DNA from: Guillardia theta CCMP2712
Lineage: Eukaryota > Protista > Cryptophyta
Length of the DNA: 64,000 bases
NCBI RefSeq assembly: GCF_000315625.1
Contig: NW_005434666.1
Location: 729,877 to 793,876 of the forward strand
Direction: 5' to 3'
Shown here in pieces: positions 37,185 through 50,508 of this stretch. Each line of letters begins with the position of its first letter. The first letter of the stretch is position 1. A model generated the notes under the pieces. That model saw only the letters and a program-made list of their open reading frames with translations, made no database searches and was not told where the DNA came from. The position numbers were made by a program, and so were the translations under genes.

Positions 37185-38049
37185 TCAAATCCTCCGCCAC
37201 ACGAGCATCTCCGGGTGCCGTGGAATCACCTCCTCCTGGCCCTGCCGCTGGTGCACCAGCACCAGCTCCATGCGCTCAAGCTCGCGAAGCAAATCTTCCA
37301 CCTGCAGCAGCTGCCGTCAGCTGACTTGCTCGAGCTGCTCCGCCTCTCTGCTTCTCCTCCCTCGTCTTGTGTCTCCCCCTACCTCCTGCAGCACGGCGAA
37401 GCTCGCCTCCTCGCTGAAATCCGCAGCCACCATCTCCACCTCCACCCCAGCAGGCCAGACGTCCTGGCTGAGCCGCACGACATCATTCTGCCAACAGTCA
37501 GAGCCAGTAGCAGTCAGGTGCTTCGTCACCTTCGCCTCCTCCCACTCGCACAACAGGCCGTTCACCAGACACGTCCTCCTCTCCGGCAGAGGGACGCTGA
37601 GGTCCATGCGGCGGAAGCGACCCTTCCCCTCTGCCAACAGGTAACAGGACCGGTGTTGCATGCTCAAGAGCTCGGCGAGGCAGCGCGAGCGGAGGATATC
37701 CTTCAAGATGCCTCGAGGGTGCTGCGAGAGGAAGGAGAGGAGCTGGAGAAGCGTCAGCCCCAGCATGCTGCCGTCAGCTGGACTTCACCTGGTATACGAG
37801 CTGGGGACGAGCTATTTGCATGAGCCGTAGGAGGCCGAGGCTGGGTGAAGGATAAGACGAACGAGCAGGCGAGCAGGTGAGGTCACCTGAATGGGTTGGA
37901 GGGGGAGGAGCCGCTGTCCAGCCAGAGGGAGGTCAAGGTAGCTGGGCACTTGTCAAGGAAGGAGGAGATGAGAGTGTCGTGCTGGGAGCCCTCGAACGCG
38001 ACGAGGAGGAACAAGACAAGGTCATTCTTGTCTGCCTTCTTCACAAACT

Positions 38050-38120
<71 letters not shown>

Positions 38121-41100
38121 TTCTCCCGAACTCCGAAGCGACGGAGATGATGCATCAAGAGCTCTTCCGACTCCTTGGCCGTCATCTCGGGGATCAGCAG
38201 CTGCTCCTCTGAGGCTGCAGGCGACGGCGACGTGCTCTCCACACAGCACGTGAGGATGCAACGAACATACCCCAGCCGCTGCTCCTCCTCGTCAGAAAAT
38301 GGCAGACCAGACCTCCTCCTCCTCCTCCTCCTCCCTCCTCCTCCTCCTCCTCCCTCCTCTCATCACCATCATCATCATCACCACCACCACATCTCGAACA
38401 ACATCAACAAGAACATGAACAAGAACATCATGATCAGTATCGTATCATCACCGCCTCTGCCTCGGTCTCGTCCTCGTCCTCGTTGTCCTCTTGCTTTCTT
38501 TCGCCGTCTCTCTTCTCCTGGTCCAGCTGTGCTGCGAGCAGCACTTGAGACTGCTTCATCGCCACGAGCTCCTGCTCAAGCCGCGTCCTCCGCTCCTCAT
38601 TCCTTCTCCACTCCTCCAGGCTCGCAGCCGAGTCCACCAGCCTCGCCAGCTCCTCCTCCTGCTGTCTGATGGACACCAGGAGCCCGTCGATCTTCTTCTC
38701 CAGCTGACTGTCAGCAGGAGGGCGAGGAGGTCGCAGCTCCAGTCGTCGCATGCGGCACATCTTGTACTCCTCGCTCCTCTCCACCCGCTCCTGCGCCCAG
38801 CACACGATCCCCGCCAGCTCCTTCCTGCCCCTCTCGTCCAGTCCGTCTACCATCAGCACCACCCGCCGGCCCCGGAGAGCGAAGGCGAGGAGGAGCTGAG
38901 AAGCGAGTCAGATGCCTCTCCTCTCACACGCGCGTCACCTTGCGAAGGTTTTCCGCCACCTGCTCGTGGGAGCAGCGCACGCTTGCCAGGATCTCTTGCT
39001 TGCTCCTCAACGCCTCCTCCCTCCTCCATCGCAACCTCAACTCCATCCAAACTTGGAGGATACACTCACGTACGCTCATGCCTTCAGCAAACAACAGCAA
39101 CCTCAACACCTTCCTCCTTTTCTTTTTTCCTTCTTTTTCCTCCTCCTCCTCCTCCTCCTCCTCCTCCTCCTTCGATGCAGGACCGCAGGCTATATCAGCA
39201 AGTAGACTGCTCTTACCCGACCGAGGCTTCCCTACTAGCAGCAGCACAGCCTTCCTCCACTCGGCATGGCCGACGAAGACTGACCCGACAACATGCTCGC
39301 TCAGCTGCTGCACCAGCAGGTGTCGGCCTCCTCCTCCTCGCTTGCTGGAGCTGTCGGCAGGAGCTAAGGAGCTCATGTGGAGAAGCCGCTGGAGGAGAAA
39401 GCGCCGGATACAGCTCTGCCTGCTCCTCTCCTGCTCGAGGAGATGCCAGGGCTGCAGGTCCCTTCCGACATGTGCGAGGCGGTGGGAGGAGGAGGAGAGA
39501 GCCGAGTAGCACAGGCAGGCGAAGGTCTCGAGGGCCAGACGGACGCCGCCAGCGACGAGAGGAGAGGAAGTGAGCTTGCCGAGAGTGAGGGCGGAGGACA
39601 TGGAGGGAGGTTTGTCGAGGGAAGGAGGGAGAGGAGGAGAGTCCTCATCCCCAGACGACAAGAGGAGCCTGCGAAGGCTCATCCAGTCGCCCATGACCTC
39701 CTCCTTCACTTCCTCTATCGCCCTCATGAACCTTTCCTCCCCTCCCTCTCCCCTCCCTTCCGCCTTAAGCCGTCCAGCAAATGCCGAGCTGTTTGCCAGC
39801 AGCTTCTCTGCTCTCCTCTCTCGCCTCTCCCGCTCCTCTCCAGCTGCAGACATGTCAAGTTGAAACCCTTGGAAGTTTGCGGGGTAGATGCTCGCTCGAG
39901 AGCCCAGCAGGCGGACAAGCCGCTGCTTCACCTCCTGCAGCGCCTCCTGCCTGCTGGCATCTTGCTCGACGAACGAGCCCTGCAGGGAGGGGACACGGCG
40001 AGCTGCGAGCTGGAAGGAGGGATGGGAAAGGAAGCTGGGGTCACGGAGGAAGAGGAAGAGCTCTGCTGCAGGAAGAGACTGAGGAAGCGAGCTGAGCACA
40101 AGTCCCACGTCTCCTCCAGCTGCCCTCCATGGCAGCGCGCGTGAGGAGAAGGAGAGAAGAGCAAGCTGGTCGCTCTCTTTCATCGTTTCCCCCAAGCAGA
40201 GGAGGAGCAGGTGGCTGGTCCTGCGCTGGAAGGTCTGCAGGTCATGAGGGGAGGGAGGAGGGGGGGAGGCAAGAGAGGGGAGGACGAGAGGAGGTTCGAC
40301 CAACAACTCCACGCGGACGTTAGAGGACGAGAGAGCCCACGCCAAGGACGGGATGAGGAAGCGCCGAAGCTGCTCCAGCTCTTGCTGCGTGTCATGAAAG
40401 ACTCCCGCAAGTCGCGTCCTCAACTTCCTTTGCGTCCAGAAGGGAGGGGGAAGGAAGTTTGCTCGGACCAGCTCGCAGTCTAGGATGCATGCTCCCCTCC
40501 TGTGCTTCCCTTCCGCCTGCTCCTCCTGCACCCTTTCCATGACTCTCGTCAAACTTTCCCCGAGATCCTCCATAGCTGAGCTCCTGAGCTCAATGACAAA
40601 ACGGAAGAACCCCTCCTCCTCCTCCTCCTCCTCCTCCTCCTCGCCAAACGGCTCCACATGCTCAGCCATCAAGCCGCAGGCTTCTGCGAGCTCCTGACAC
40701 ATGGACTGCAACAGCCTGGACCTCCTCGCGCGGCGATCCCGCTCGCCCCAGCCGCAGGGGGAAGAGGAGAGGAGGAAGTTGTTCCCCTCCTTGACCTGCC
40801 CAGCTGTCAGCGACGAGCAGCCGCTCCCGGCACTCACAGCAAGAGTCTCGAGGGAGGAGAAGCCGAGGACGGAGGCGACAGCTGGCGCCACCCGCAGACG
40901 AAAGAGCTGAGGGGACGCCAAGGAGAACTTCGATCCTCTCGCCTCCGTCTGCAGCGACAGCCGCACCCTCCTGCTCGCGAGCTCCGCATGTTCCCTCAAG
41001 ACCTCGTTGACCATGTGGACCAGAGAGGAGGGAGAGTAGCTGCCCTCCCGCAGCTTGAGCGGGTACCACACGACTCCTGCTCCTCCCTCCTTGCCGTCAA

Positions 41101-42500
41101 CCCCGAGAACAAGGTGAGAGGTCATGGCAGGGATAAGCAATGACTCGCTGCTCCTGCCGCTCCTCGACTCGTCCCAGGAGATTTTCTTCCACCTCCTCCT
41201 CAGCTTTCTGTCCACCTGCGGTGAGGAAAGGAAGGGCATTGAAAGCTTCAGCGCCTGAGCTGCAAGTCAGGAAGATGGAGGAGGAGGAGAAAAGAAACAA
41301 GTGAGAGGGGAGAGAAGCGAGAGGGGGAAGAGTTGGGGAGGGAGCAAGATGAGAGGGAGGAAGAGCAGGGGATGGAGCAAGACGAGAGGGAGGAAGAGCA
41401 GGGGGAGAAAGAGGGGGGTGAGAGGAGAGAAGGAGAAGAAGACAAAGAGGAGGGAAGAAAGGTCTGCCTCGCTCGCGTGATGCTTGTACAAGTGAAACAT
41501 CCGCTCCCTTGGCCCATCACTTGCCTTCAAATGCTGTCAGTCAAACGCTTCTTTCACCGACACCAGATGCTCACCTCCTCCTCCTCCTCCTCCTCCTCCT
41601 CCTCCTCCTCTGCTTCCTTCATGATAGCGCAGAGGAACCAAGAGTCTTGCTTGCGGCACACTCTCTTAAAACGAGGAGCGAAAGGAGAGGGAGAAACTTT
41701 GATGGCTTCTACCAGGCGATCAACCAGCTGATCCATATCGATCGCCTGCAATGCGCGTGAGAGGAGGAGGAGGAGGAGGAGGAGGAGGAGGAGGAGGAGG
41801 AGGAGAGGACAAGCCATGCTGAGCACAAAGCAGGAGAAAGGGAAAAGCAGGAGGGAGGAAGAAAGAGTTGGGGAAGGGAAGGAGGAGATGCAGAGCAACA
41901 GGCAAGACCGTCGAGGTAGAGGAGGAAGCGAGCATGTGGTAGGGGCTCAAGGATAGACTAGCGATGCAGACAACATCAGCCCCATCCCTCCTCATGTCCA
42001 TTATCTGCTTGCTCGTCAGAATGCCTGGAAACCTGCTCGCCTCCCTCCTCCACCTTCACCACCACCACCACCTCCTCCTCCTCCTCCTCCTCCTCCTCAT
42101 CGCCCCTCATCTCCGTCTTCCTCCTCCCTCTGGTCTCAATCCCTTTGACCTCTCCGCCTCCTCTCGCTCACCTGCACCATCACAGCCCTGCTGACCCTCT
42201 TGTCCATCTCCTGCAGACATGACCCCACAAACTCGCACAGCTCAAAGCTTAGCTTCGCTCCTTCCCCTCCCCCTCCCTCCTCTCCTGCCACGCGGAACTC
42301 AAGTAGCCGCCTGTCGTCGAAGAGCTGCGACTCAAGGAGAAAGCTCAAGGCCTGCGCGAGCATCAAGACAGCAGGGAGGAGGAGCACGAGAAGAACGCGA
42401 AGAAAGGGAAGACGGGGTGGAGCAGCATTAGGAAGAAGAAAAGACAGACGTGCGTTAGGAGGAGGAGGAGGAGGACGAGGAGGAGGAGGAGGAGGACGAG

Positions 42501-42572
<72 letters not shown>

Positions 42573-42638
42573 GAGGACGAGGAGGACGAGGAGGACGAGG
42601 AGGACGAGGAGGACGAGGACGAGGACGAGGACGAGGAG

Positions 42639-42680
<42 letters not shown>

Positions 42681-44437
42681 GACGAGGAGGACGAGGAGGA
42701 CGAGGAGGACGAGGAGGAGGACGAGGACGAGGAGGAGGACGAGGACGACGAGGAGGAGGAGGAGGAGGAGGAGGACGAGGACGAGGAGGAGGACGAGGAG
42801 GACGAGGAGGACGAGGAGGACGAGGAGGAGGACGAGGAGGAGGACGAGGAGGAGGACGAGGAGGAGGAGGACAGGACCTGGGCCTTGTCGCGGGAGGTCA
42901 GGGAGCAGCCGTTGCTGACCACTGAGATCGCCTGCTCCAACCTCTTCCTTTCCATCCTCCTCGAAAGAAACTCGCTGAGGGCCTCAGACAAGCCACGAAC
43001 GAGTCGCTCCCAGCTGGTATCAAGCTTGTGCTCCATAACCACACGAAGTCGATCGAGCATTGACTACGAGATTCGTCAAGACAGAAAGAAGAACAAGGAC
43101 AAGAACAAGGACAAGGACAAGGACAAGAACAAGGACAAGGACAAGGACAAGGACAAGAACAAGGACAAGGACAAGGACAAGGACAAGGACAAGGACATAT
43201 TCGCACTCTGGCCATGACGAGAGCTGGGATCGCTCCTATACAAGCGAGGAAGGAGCAGGCGATCAGCTCAGCGCCTCCTCCCTGGAGCTTCTGCTGGAGA
43301 CGCTGAGATAAGTCGAGGAGGTCGAGGAAGACAAGCTCGCGGCCCTCCAGCTTCTCGTCGAGCTCCACCAGCCTCCACACTCGCTGCCATCGATCGCCGA
43401 ACTCCCTCCGTAGGTCTGCTTGCATCTGCTCGCGCTGCTCCCCCCCTGATCGAGACACTCACCAACGAAAGACTCCAAGACAGAAGAGGAAGCAGAGGCG
43501 AAAGACAAGAAGGAGAGGAGGAGGAGGCATGGGAAGTGGGAACAAAGGCTAGAGACTCATGATCAAGAGGAGACAAGGAGATACAATCAGTTCGCAGCTC
43601 AAGCACAAAGACGTCGACAGAGCTTGCATTAGCCAAGAACGTCTGGACAGAAGTGAAAAGCTGCTGCAAGGTCTGCGATAGGAGGTGTCAGCCATGATTG
43701 AACAAGTGAACGAGCAGCAGCAGCAGCAGCAGCAGCAGGAACACCAGCTCGAGCTCCTTCAGGTGCTGTTCGAGCGCTTCGTCTTGACTCCCCCGGGCCC
43801 ACGCGAGTTGAGCGAGGGTGAGAGGTCGCTGAGAGACCGGGAAGGCGCAGCCGTGCTGGTCGATCATGCGGAAGCGAAGGTGGAAGACTCTTGGAGGATA
43901 AAGAGCGTGAGGGGAAGGGAGAAGACGTCATGAGAAGCGAAGGAAGGAAGCAAGGGGGAGGAGGAAACTTGCGCGGACCTGATATGATCCGCGTGGGAAG
44001 TGACAAGGTCAAGAAGCGAACTGAGCGATTCCTGCAGCCCCACAACCTCCAGCAGCTGCTCCCAGTGTCACGCTCCCCCCCCATGGGAACTTTTCTCTAC
44101 TCCTAATTTCCTCCTCTTCCTTTCTCCCTCCTCCTCCCTCTCTCCTCCTCCTCCTCCTCCTCCCTCTCTCCTCCTCCTCCTCCTCCTCCTCCCTCTCTCC
44201 TCCTCCTCCTCCTCCTCCTCCTCCTCCTCCTTCCTCTGCTGCTCACCTCGTGGCCGTCGAGAGGACGCCCAATCTCCGAGCGACGAGCATGGCAGAGAGC
44301 AGAGACGCGCTGCAGCGAGAGCCTGAGGGCGATGAGAGACGAGGAGAAGCCTCTACGAGGGAAGCATCAGGATGAGACGATGACGAGAGAAGAGAAGAAG
44401 ACGAAAACGAGGAGGGGGGAAGGGGGGAGACGAGGAT

Positions 44438-44503
<66 letters not shown>

Positions 44504-47500
44504 AGCAGTTCGGAGCCTCGCCTGTGCTCAATGCATCTCGAGAGGAAGAGAATACTCCATACTCTCCGCAGGAGGTTCCACTGACCCCCTACGAGAGGAA
44601 CGGAGGGAAGAAAACAAAAGAGAACCTCGGGAACCTAAGCAAGGAAAGGGGTTAGGAATGAGGGGTGAAGGTTTAGGAGAGAAAGAAGGGTGAAGAGGAA
44701 GGTTTGAAATGAAGGAGAGAGCGAGGACCTTTCTCTCCAAGAGCCATTCTTCCTTGAACATCTCACGTCCTCCACTTAGAACAGAAAGACAACTTCTCTG
44801 TTTCCTGTCCAGGTCTCAGCAGACAAAAACAGGAAGAGAAGGGGGGGGGGAAAGTGGACGACGATGACAAGCTGAAGACGTAGTCGAACACGAAGATGAA
44901 GAAGAGAGGAGTGAGAAGGAGGAGCGCGAGCTGTTACATGATCAGGAACTCCTCGTACTGCTTCAAAGCGAACAATCTCTTCACGTGCCGCTTCAAATCC
45001 CTTGCTCCTTCCTCCATCTCCTTCCACCTGCCTCGATCCGCAAGCATTCGAACGCGGGCCTGCAGAGCTGCAGAGGAGGAGGAGATCCCTCTCACTTCCT
45101 CGTACAAGCGCCTCCCCATCCGCCGCAGCAGCAGCGGGGAGAGAACGCGGACGAGCTGAACGCAGGAGACTCTATGATCGATCTTCCTTCTTGCCGCTGC
45201 CTGCAGTTGCAGTCAGAGGGGAAGAGGCGAAGGCTCGCGCAGGGCCTGGAGGAGGCAGGAGGACGCGAGGGCTCGAGCTCGAAGCTGCTCCTCCATCCTC
45301 GTCCGCAGGTCCAGCAGGTCAAGATGGCGCCAAAGACTCTCATCCCCTCGCGCCTTCTCAAGCCCATGCCGCCGCAGCAGCTCGCGGTTCGCAGCTGCTA
45401 CCTCAGCTGGGAGACCGAGCACAAGCACGCAGCCCCCAGTCGTCCCCACGACAATCGCCCGCTGCTCTGCTTGCAGAGAGTCACTCGATCCTCCTCCTCC
45501 CTCCTCTCCCTTTTCCAGCTTGTCCTCCTCCATCCTTGCTCAACGGGTTCGCACCTTCATCATACCCGACGCAAGCAGCAGTGCATGGCAGGTCTCGGAA
45601 GGAGGCGAGCAAGTCTCCGGTGATGCAGCTCCGCACCAGAAGAGACGCGGAGGAAGGGGAGCGATCGAGAGAGAAGAGAAGGAGCCTGAGGAAGAACTAA
45701 GCTCAGGGGATAAGACAGCAACGCGAGAGGATGTGACGGCAACGCAGCAGGCACGGGAGAGGAAGGCGGCTCACCCAGAAGCGTCGCAGCAGATATGAAG
45801 AGCAGCAGGAGCTAGGAGCAAGAAGAAGACGATTTTCCTCTGCTCCACGTCCACGAATTGAAGCTTTCCGCTGGGAAGGAGGACGAGAATAAAGAAACAA
45901 TGAACAGCAATGGCGACGGGTGACTGCTCAAACGAAAGATCAAACTTCTTGTGCGATTGTTCTGAGAGCCCATCCACCTGCACCTCCATCAACTCCTCCT
46001 CCTCCTCCTCCTCCTCCTCCTCCTCCTCCTCCTCCTCCTCCCCCTCCCCCTCCTCCTCCTCCTCCTCCTCCTCCTCCTCCTCCTCCTCGACCTCGTAGGC
46101 AGAGAGAGTTCTAGAGGAGGAGAGGGTGACCAGAAGGAAGGAAGAGGATGAGCGCATGTCGTGCTGGCGCGTCACGAGACTTCCCCAGCACCCCGACAGC
46201 CTTGTACTCGATGACACCTCGATGCTGTGCTGGTGAAGGACGATCAGGGGCATGAGCACCCAACATGGCAGGAACAGAGGCAGATCAAGATGTACCAGCT
46301 CAAGCTCAAGCTCAAGCTGTGTGAGCTGATCTCACCTGAACGACTCTGAGGGATTGGAAGGCGGAGAGCGAGTCGAGGAGGAGAACCCTCCCATCCTCCG
46401 CCTTCGATGCCAGCCAGCGACCTGCTGGAGCCCAGCTGAGGCCCAGCACGTCTCCCCTCGAGACCCGGACAGACGCGTGAAGCTTGAATGCGAGCGAAGG
46501 CGAACTAAAGCTGCGAGAGAATGAGGATTCAGAACCAGAAGAGAGGAGGAGGAGGAGGAGGAGGAGGAGGAGGAGGAGGTACGGGAGCCCCAGAGAGGCA
46601 GGGGAAGGGACAAGACATTCATACTTGGAGGAGAAGACGAGGACGCGGCCGGTCGACATGCCGCAAGCGAGGAAGAGGCGAGAAGGATCGACAGCAAGTG
46701 AGGAGATCGCGAAGTTGCCCTGGCTGTCTGGTCGTCAGCCTTCAAGGACAAGGACCAACGAGATAAACCTCCAGCTGACTGCAAGCTGCCTGTCAGCCTG
46801 CGAGACTTTCCGGAAGTCTAGATCAGCATGCGCCAAGTTGGCGATGTCGATGCAGGAAGGAGACAGAAAGGAAACAGAGGAGGAGGAGGAGGAGGAGGAG
46901 GAGGAGGAGGAGGAGGACGGAAGCGCATAATTTCTTGGTAGGTGCTTGTTACGGAAGTATGTGAGGAAAAGAAGAATCCCTGTCCGTCCGGCAGCGATCA
47001 CTCCTGTCCCGCTTGCGAACAAGTCAAACAAGTCGATCACATTTTGAGAGACGTCCGAACAAGGAGGGCGAAGCTCAGGTACCTGGACCTGCCGTACAAG
47101 GAGAGGCTTGATATTTCTCCTGGAAACGAACTGGAAGGAGTGAGCAGGAGGCATGAACGAATCGCCTCCTCACGTCTGGCTGGCGATCTGCTGCCTCCTC
47201 TGAGTGTCGAAGACGATCAGATCCCCGTCGTCCGTGATGACTAGCAGCGCATTAGAGACACGAATCATCTTGGAGATCAGCGGGTGCAGTGGAGTTGAAT
47301 CTCTAGGCACGTCGCCCAACACTGTGTCCATGCTCTCGGACTTGATGTACTTGTCCTTGCACACTTGAGCCTGGTCAGCATCATCAGCTGTCGTTCTGCG
47401 CAGTCATATGTCAGAGACCCAATCTTGCATTACGGAACCTTTCTTCTTGTCAAGAGCCAGCACAACTCCTTGCGACCCTCCTACAAGCACTCGCTCGCCT

Positions 47501-48444
47501 TGGCACCTAGTCAGCTTGATCGACCCGACGACACTCAGACCTGGCAGGCAACAGATCGAGGAGAACAATCCTCTCCTCGCATCCAGCTGGACCTCGCGGA
47601 TCTTTGTTCCCTGTCGCTTGTTGATCATGCACAAGAATTTCTGATGAGATTGTCTACCGTGAACATGTCCACAACCCAAATCAAGTTATGACGGCTGGCC
47701 ACACGTCAAGGAAGAAACACCGGCAGAGACCAACCTCAACACAGAAATGCTGGCAGAGGATTCATCGACGGAACCATCTATGAAAAGTTCTTCTGCGCTT
47801 GTACCTATCCTCCACGTGTACGAGAGATCAAACAGCCTATCTTCGCTGTCCTGCACAAGGGGGGTAGCGTGCATCCTCTTCTTGACGGACTGCCAGCTCA
47901 ACGCCACGAGGTCATGAGAAGTGAGGAGGAAGAAGTCGAGCATGCCCTCTACCGCTAGGATAGCAGGGAGCACAGGCGAGGCTTCGACCTTGTGACTGGT
48001 GGTGGAGTACTCGGAAAGTATCCTGAAGGAATGCCAAGGGTCTCTCAACCTCACAGCATAGATCGGGTTGCTCCTAACGCTCTTGACTGCATGCTCTAAG
48101 CTCACGAGCAGCTTACCTCCCTTAGGGCAGTGCATCTGTCGCACTCTCCAATCCTCCTCTCCATGGCGCTCTCCGACGGACACCCGTGCTAGTTGCTTCA
48201 TAGAGGCAAGGTCCCAGCAGATAAGACATGTGCTGTCCGCTGAAAACAGGCAGCCGCTAGTCTCCTCGACCGCAAGAGCTTGCACCTCCCCTGCATGCCC
48301 TCGGAAATGAGCCCGCGCACCATCCCCCAAGCTGTGCCGGACGACGAAATTCTCGGCAGCAAAGAAGACCAGGCCATGAGCGCGCGAGCTCACGACAGGG
48401 AGGCAAGAGGAGACGCCGAAGATGGCATCGACATCCGATGCCAT
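37185..48444 (-). CDS. Very large protein: N-terminal WD40 repeats ... DUF4062-like + NACHT/STAND P-loop NTPase (possibly two genes)
   Basis: WD repeats FRGHAGEVQALAV..LFSAD..LICWD and VLGLSWAPAGRWLAS; LAGVFHDTQQELEQLRRFLIPSL (DUF4062-like); Walker A LVGKPRSGKSSLLA; Walker B VLMVDGLDE; last exon ends MLVWRRI* (37185). Confidence 0.6.
42457..42872. repeat. Compound (GGA/CGA)n trinucleotide array of about 415 bp inside an intron
   Basis: Directly visible; starts just after a CAG|GT donor on the minus strand. Confidence 0.95.
43089..43197. repeat. (AAGGAC/AAGAAC)n hexamer array in an intron
   Basis: Directly visible tandem repeat. Confidence 0.9.
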
Positions 48445-48611
48445 CAGTCCATGTGTAGGGAGCGAAGGGCGACTGGCAGGGGGGATGGGGCAGGAGATAC
48501 GTGGTAGGTAGGAACGGATCAACGGGAGACAGTGGAAGGATATTGGAGGGGTCCATTTTACTACAAAATTTTAAGTCGGAGAGGGTGGGGTAGCTACTGA
48601 GACCAGCGGGG

Positions 48612-50196
48612 ATGGACGAAACCGGACGGGCTGATGGGAGTAGAGCGACGAAGGAGGAGGAGAGGGGGAGGGAGGACAAGGTTGTTGAGAAGGAAAAAGA
48701 AGTTGTAGGAGAGAGGGGAGCGAGTGAAGCATCGAGTGGTTGCTTTGAAGAGGGAGCAGCAGGCAGAAAGGCCGGAGACATGAAAGTCCAGATTGAAATT
48801 CCTGAGGAGAAAGGACCGATGTCAGAGAAAGAGGAGAAGGCTGTGGAAGCTCTCCTGCTGGTAGATGAAGATCTAGCAGCAGGAAGTTGGTCCCCTGTCA
48901 GGGAAAAGGAGATCTTCTTCTTCCCCAAGGTGAGTCCCAATCAAAGGTATGTTGTCGTTCTTGAGATGGGTTGCATTGCAGGCGAATAGAATGCATTATG
49001 CTGACAGCAGCAAGGACAAACGTGCCGTCAGAACATCTCCAACGAGATCCTCCGCAGAGACGAGGGTCACCCCTGCACACAAGGACTCGCAGGAAGAGTC
49101 GTTTGACGACCTCGGACTGCGCGAGAGCATATTGCGAGACCTCCGATGGATACAAGACAATGACGATGAGCGTGTGATGGAAATCATGAGACCGCGTGTC
49201 ATCTCATTGGAGCAAGAGACAAGAGAGCAAGGTCATCCGCATGAATGCGAGAGACCTCATCACAACGCCGAGAACGAACTCCATCGCTCGAACCCGGCAG
49301 AACCGAAACATGAGGAGGACAAGGAGGAGCACTGCCCGGCTTCGCCTGAGAACAACAAGAACGAGCACTTGATAGCGAGGATGTTGTCCAATACCCCTTC
49401 AAGTCCTCCCGGCTTGACTCCCAAGGCTGTCATGAGCATCCGCTCTCTCAGCGGAAGGACGGCGAAGCAAGTTTACACAAAGGTGGGCTATCCGCGGTCG
49501 GCGAGTGTCCTGTCAAAGCGAAACGACGCGGAGAGAAGTGGCAACGAGCGAGCTCGGGGGGAGAGGCTCATGACGGCTCCTACTCGCAACCGCAGCCATG
49601 AGATGGGATTGGAAACCTCCTCCCCCGCCTCTCGGGTGAAGCTGACCCCGCAACCCTCGCTCATGCTTACTTCTTCTCACAGGAAACCTCTCGCGCAGGG
49701 AGACAGGCGTTTCAGGGGTTGCAATTCGAACAAGCTAGAGAGCAGTTCCGCACTCTTGTCATGCCTTCTCGGCAGGCGTGGGGGAACTTTGGGGAACAAG
49801 CAGGAGTGCACAGAAGACTTTCATCGGACGGAGGCTCACTAGAAGCAAATCAACGTGGCAGGTTTACTCCTTCCCTCTGCCCCCTCCCCAAACACCTCCC
49901 TCTATCTCTCCCCCACCATTCGCCTTCTCCTCTGTTCTCCTGCAGTTCCTCCCCTTCCTCGCCTGGTAAGCTCGTGAGCTGAAGTCCGTGTGATCAGGCG
50001 GCCAGTGGGCTTGACTGTGCAGCGTCTGGACCTTCAGTTTGGAGTTGAGAATTTGGGAGGTGGAGCCGATCGAATCAGAGGACATGCCAGAGAAGCGGAA
50101 AGAAATCCTACTTCCACAAGGAACGCGCTGAAACCAAGGCCATTGAAGACTAACAACGCTCTTGCTGTCCTGCATTCGAATTCTCCTGTTCGATGA
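48612..50196 (+). CDS. Hypothetical low-complexity/disordered protein
   Basis: Exon 48612-48929 (ends FFPK|GT) splices to a long open exon, and a final exon ends NSPVR*. No family recognised. Confidence 0.5.
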
Positions 50197-50331
50197 GAGT
50201 AAAACTTGAAGTACAGTACTGCGTGACTAGTCGCAGTCCGAGGCTCTAGAGCTAGGCTTCTAACTCTGATGGCTCTAGAGCTAGTCTCAGCCTTCCAAGT
50301 TCCGAGTTCCGCTCCAACCGCCGAAGATGAG

Positions 50332-50459
50332 TAGATCTAGAGCAGTCACGACGAACAGTCCTCCTGACGGTCCGATCCGGGGGCCGGGGCCCGGCGGACT
50401 CGGGAGCAGACTGAGTAATCTCAGATCTAGAGCAGATCTAGCGGACTGCTCTAGATCTA
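50332..50459. repeat. 16-bp perfect inverted repeat enclosing a GC-rich core (MITE-like or cis-regulatory hairpin)
   Basis: TAGATCTAGAGCAGTC (50332-50347) and GACTGCTCTAGATCTA (50444-50459). Confidence 0.6.
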
Positions 50460-50508
50460 GACTCACCCGAGGCCAGAGGTGATCCAAGGAGCGATTGGAG
50501 GAGCGATC

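Noticed and set aside
42200-43060. RGG-box or poly-Ser proteins
   Set aside because: These are translations of the intronic GGA/CGA array.
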